Assembly (NCBI GenBank): GCA_001662655.1 | Contig: KV460210.1 | Length of the DNA: 64,000 bases | Source: Pseudogymnoascus verrucosus | Taxonomy: Eukaryota | Strand: one strand, 5' to 3' | Shown here: positions 60,917 through 64,000 of the stretch, one piece after another | Layout: each line of letters starts with the position of its first letter | Position numbering within the stretch: the stretch's first letter is position 1 | Position numbers and translations under genes: made by a program | Notes under the pieces: generated by a model | Database searches by the model: none | Seen by the model: the letters and a program-made list of their open reading frames with translations, nothing else | Told to the model about the DNA's origin: nothing

Positions 60917-61268
60917 AATAACAGTTGATTGTTGATACATATTAATCTGGTCGAGCTTGCTCTCATTACATACATAACCACAAAGGACGAAGGCGACGAT
61001 TAAATACGGCCTTGCTCCGATACATTACATACCACCTACTTGCACAAAGGACGAGGCGGCTTTTTGTTAATACGATTCGAACGGAGAGATAATAACTCTT
61101 CAACATACCATTATCATATTCTTACTCGTCGCCGGATTCGACGGGGATTCCTCAAGAGGCCTACAATTATCAGCCCATTACCCAGAGTTGCTCAAAATCG
61201 AAGCAATCTCATTATCACATACACCATCCAACATTACCACATAACAAACCACCAACATAACCGCAAAC

Positions 61269-62798
61269 ATGGAAGACCCACTAACCATGTCCGCCACCGA
61301 CGCCTTCCACATTCTCGACCCCGAGATGCCCTCCTTCTCCTACCCAGACGCCTACATGGACTACCACCAGGTCCCGGACTTCTTCAACCCCTCCTACCTC
61401 TCCGGCGCGCACCTCACCACCACAACCACCAGCGCTGCCCCGACGTCTTACCCCTCAGACGACACCGCACCGCACAGCGCACTCTCAGCCACCGCGCCCC
61501 CGCTCGACTTCCCCAGACCCCACGACGACCTGTCCCATTTCTTCGCTGACTCGCCGTTCTCGTCACCGGTGCCTAATCAGAGGTTTGTTCCTATGAAAGG
61601 GCAGGGCGGGCAGACGTATTCGCCTGTTTGGGGGGTGCAGCAGCAGCAGGATGGGTGGAGTCATGGGAATGCCAACAACAACAACAACAATAATAATAAT
61701 CAGATTAATAGCAACAACAACAACAACAACAACAACAATAACAATAACAACCAAGCCTCGTCATCCCAACAAGCGGCACCACTCGCAATCCTCACATCAG
61801 GCTTTGAACCGGGGTCGGATGCGAGGACGGTCGTGCACCATGGACAAGTCACCCCGGGTGACTCGCCCGAGACGACGACGAGTCCTGGGCCGGGGAAGGG
61901 GAGGGCGAGTCGGAGGGCGAGTAGGAAGGGGAAGGAGAGTATCTCCTCCATAGCCACTACTTCCTCGACGTCCACCCGCGACAGCGGTCGTGACAGCAGC
62001 AATCGCAACAGCACCACCCAACCCTCCCCCCCCGCCGAAACCGCACCCGCGAAAGTCAAGAAACCGCGCAAACCTCGCCGCTCCTCCAAGAAGACCACAA
62101 CCGCCGAGCAGGCCGCGCTCAAGCGCGAGACATTCCTCAAGCGCAACAGGGAAGCTGCTTACAAGTGCCGCGTCAAGAAGAAGACGCAGACCGAAGAGGT
62201 TGTGGAGAGGGTTAAGGCTCTGGGAGAGGATAATCGCGCGAAGGCGGCGGAGGTGGAGAGGCTGAGGCGCGAGGTCGAGGGCCTGAGGGGCCTGCTGTTG
62301 CCGCATTATAGGGTTTGTGGCGATGAGAGGGTTGTGGCGTATCTTGATGGGCTGGGAAGTGTGGGGGGTGCGTGGGGGGGTGGGATGGCGGCGAGGGGGA
62401 GCGTGGGGAGTGCGGCGCTGGCGGGGTTGAGTTTGGGGTTTAATGGTGGGGAGGATGAGGAGAGCTTGGCGAGTTTGAATGGGGGGAGTAGGAGGCAGAG
62501 CGTGGGGAGTGAGGGGAGTGGAGGGAGTGAGGGGTTTGAGGGAGAGGAACAGCGGGAGATGATGGATGAGGAGGAGGAGGAGAGGGAGGAGGAGGAGAGG
62601 AGGAGGAGTGCGGATTTGGAGGATCTGTTTGCGGGGTCTGCGGGGGGTGGGAGTTTCGATAGTGGGGTTACGCCGGTGGTGGATGGGATGGGGGGGTCTA
62701 TGGGAGGGGAAATTGGGATGAATGGGATGGTTGATGGGGGGATGGATGGGATGATGGGGGGGATGGATGAGGTGTTGGGGATGGGGATGGTTGTTTGA
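61269..62798 (+). CDS. ATF/CREB-like bZIP transcription factor (509 aa) with poly-Asn tract
   Basis: KRETFLKRNREAAYKCRVKKK basic region and heptad zipper ending ..LLLPH..C; HHGQVTP motif; AAC/AAT repeat about 61672-61750 encodes poly-N. Confidence 0.9.
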   Translation: MEDPLTMSATDAFHILDPEMPSFSYPDAYMDYHQVPDFFNPSYLSGAHLTTTTTSAAPTSYPSDDTAPHSALSATAPPLDFPRPHDDLSHFFADSPFSSPVPNQRFVPMKGQGGQTYSPVWGVQQQQDGWSHGNANNNNNNNNNQINSNNNNNNNNNNNNNQASSSQQAAPLAILTSGFEPGSDARTVVHHGQVTPGDSPETTTSPGPGKGRASRRASRKGKESISSIATTSSTSTRDSGRDSSNRNSTTQPSPPAETAPAKVKKPRKPRRSSKKTTTAEQAALKRETFLKRNREAAYKCRVKKKTQTEEVVERVKALGEDNRAKAAEVERLRREVEGLRGLLLPHYRVCGDERVVAYLDGLGSVGGAWGGGMAARGSVGSAALAGLSLGFNGGEDEESLASLNGGSRRQSVGSEGSGGSEGFEGEEQREMMDEEEEEREEEERRRSADLEDLFAGSAGGGSFDSGVTPVVDGMGGSMGGEIGMNGMVDGGMDGMMGGMDEVLGMGMVV

Positions 62799-62959
62799 AG
62801 ATAAGGGGGGGGTTTTGGGGGATGAAGGAGAGAGAGTGTGTGTGTAGTGTGTGCAGTGTATGTATGCGAGTAACATTCGTTCTGTATATTTTTTTTTACT
62901 CTTTTGTGTGGGTTGGGGGTTTTTTCTTTGGTGTGTGATGTGTGACTGGGATGACTGAT

Positions 62960-63506
62960 TGGGGTGTGAGAGTGTGTGAGTAAGGTGTGAGAGTGTGCGA
63001 GTAAGGTGTGAGGTGTGAGATGAGTGTGTGTGAGATGAGTGTGTGAGATGAGTGTGTGTGTGAGAAGTGGATGAGAAATAGTGGTTGTCTTATTTTCTCG
63101 GACTCGGAGGACATCTTTCTTCTTTTCTTTTCTTTTCCTTACTTCGCTGTTTTGTTTTACTTCTACGAATTTGTTTTAACTTCCGGTGGTGTTTTCGCTT
63201 TGCTGCGCGGTGGTTATGTTTTTTTTTTTTTTTTTTTTTTAAAGGTATCTAGGGGGGTGAAAAGGGGGGGGGGTTATGAGGGGTGGTTAGCTGTTTTGAA
63301 ATTAAAGGGGGGGAAATAGGACGGAATGGGATGGGATGGGATGGGATGGGATGGGGAGGCTCGGGCGTAGGGAAAACAGGACTACGTGTGAGAGCTGGGA
63401 ATGGGGATGGGGATGGGGATGGGAAAATTATATATATAGTGCATATGACGGAGTTATATAATTTATAGGATGGATATATGGAAATTAAAAGTATGAGGAT
63501 ATTTAC

Positions 63507-63542
<36 letters not shown>

Positions 63543-63650
63543 GGGATTTTGTTTATTTTTTTGCGGGGTGGATTTTTTATTTTATTTTGGAAAATATCAT
63601 AAGATGGACGGACGTATGGACGGATGGATGGATGGATGGATAGATGGATA
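62960..63650. repeat. Microsatellite cluster downstream of the bZIP gene
   Basis: GTGTGAG-type repeats 62960-63063, poly-T about 63218-63240, (GGGAT)n about 63328-63352, (ATT)n about 63508-63537 and (GGAT)n about 63622-63640. Confidence 0.85.
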
Positions 63651-64000
63651 AGGGAGATAAATGATGGACTGTATTGTTGGATGATGGGATGGGAGAGGAT
63701 GGTCTAGGAATGGGAAGGTGTTAATAGACAAAGATAGAATGCACACATCTATCACTAAATTACCATCACCGCCGCGGGATGGATAATAAGACACTATTAG
63801 GAGAAGAATTTCCACTGTTATTTCCCAAGTAATTATAATCATAGCTATATAATCACAAACGACGAGGAACACACATCACCCACCTACGATCTGTTTTGCC
63901 CACATATCATCATCTATATCCATCATTCCTCCCTCCCCTCCGTCCCTTTTTTTCCCTCATATCTTCCTCATCTGGCGAAGAGATGCGACAACGAAACACC

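Noticed and set aside
61797..62876. 359-aa minus-strand His/Pro-rich ORF
   Set aside because: Antisense shadow of the G-rich bZIP 3' half.

Overview
Intron-rich genomic DNA from a filamentous ascomycete (GT-AG introns of about 45-130 nt with CTRAY branch points). It has four parts. (1) 0.7-14.8 kb: a divergent efflux pair (DHA1-type MFS transporter and PDR-type ABC transporter), a nucleotide-sugar transporter, COX15, lysyl-tRNA synthetase and RPA3. (2) About 15-37.3 kb: a visibly AT-richer accessory block. It holds an intronless cupin gene and a tandem array of five paralogous small secreted 8-Cys protein genes (three intact, one frameshifted, one dead), which the ORF track misses because they are spliced. 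It also holds a compact carbohydrate-catabolic cluster: two Gfo/Idh/MocA oxidoreductases, a probable GH3 beta-glucosidase relic, a Zn2Cys6 regulator, a sugar porter, an SDR polyol dehydrogenase, a DAK-family kinase and a dihydroxyacetone-synthase-type transketolase. (3) 37.8-48.8 kb: housekeeping genes (Ams2/Spt21-type GATA factor, 3-hydroxyisobutyryl-CoA hydrolase, SmD2, a second DAK, Csl4). (4) A ~12.5 kb low-complexity gene desert upstream of an ATF/CREB-like bZIP gene. I recognised no rRNA, tRNA, CRISPR array or autonomous transposon. Family assignments come from recognised motifs, not database searches, and exon boundaries were read by eye.
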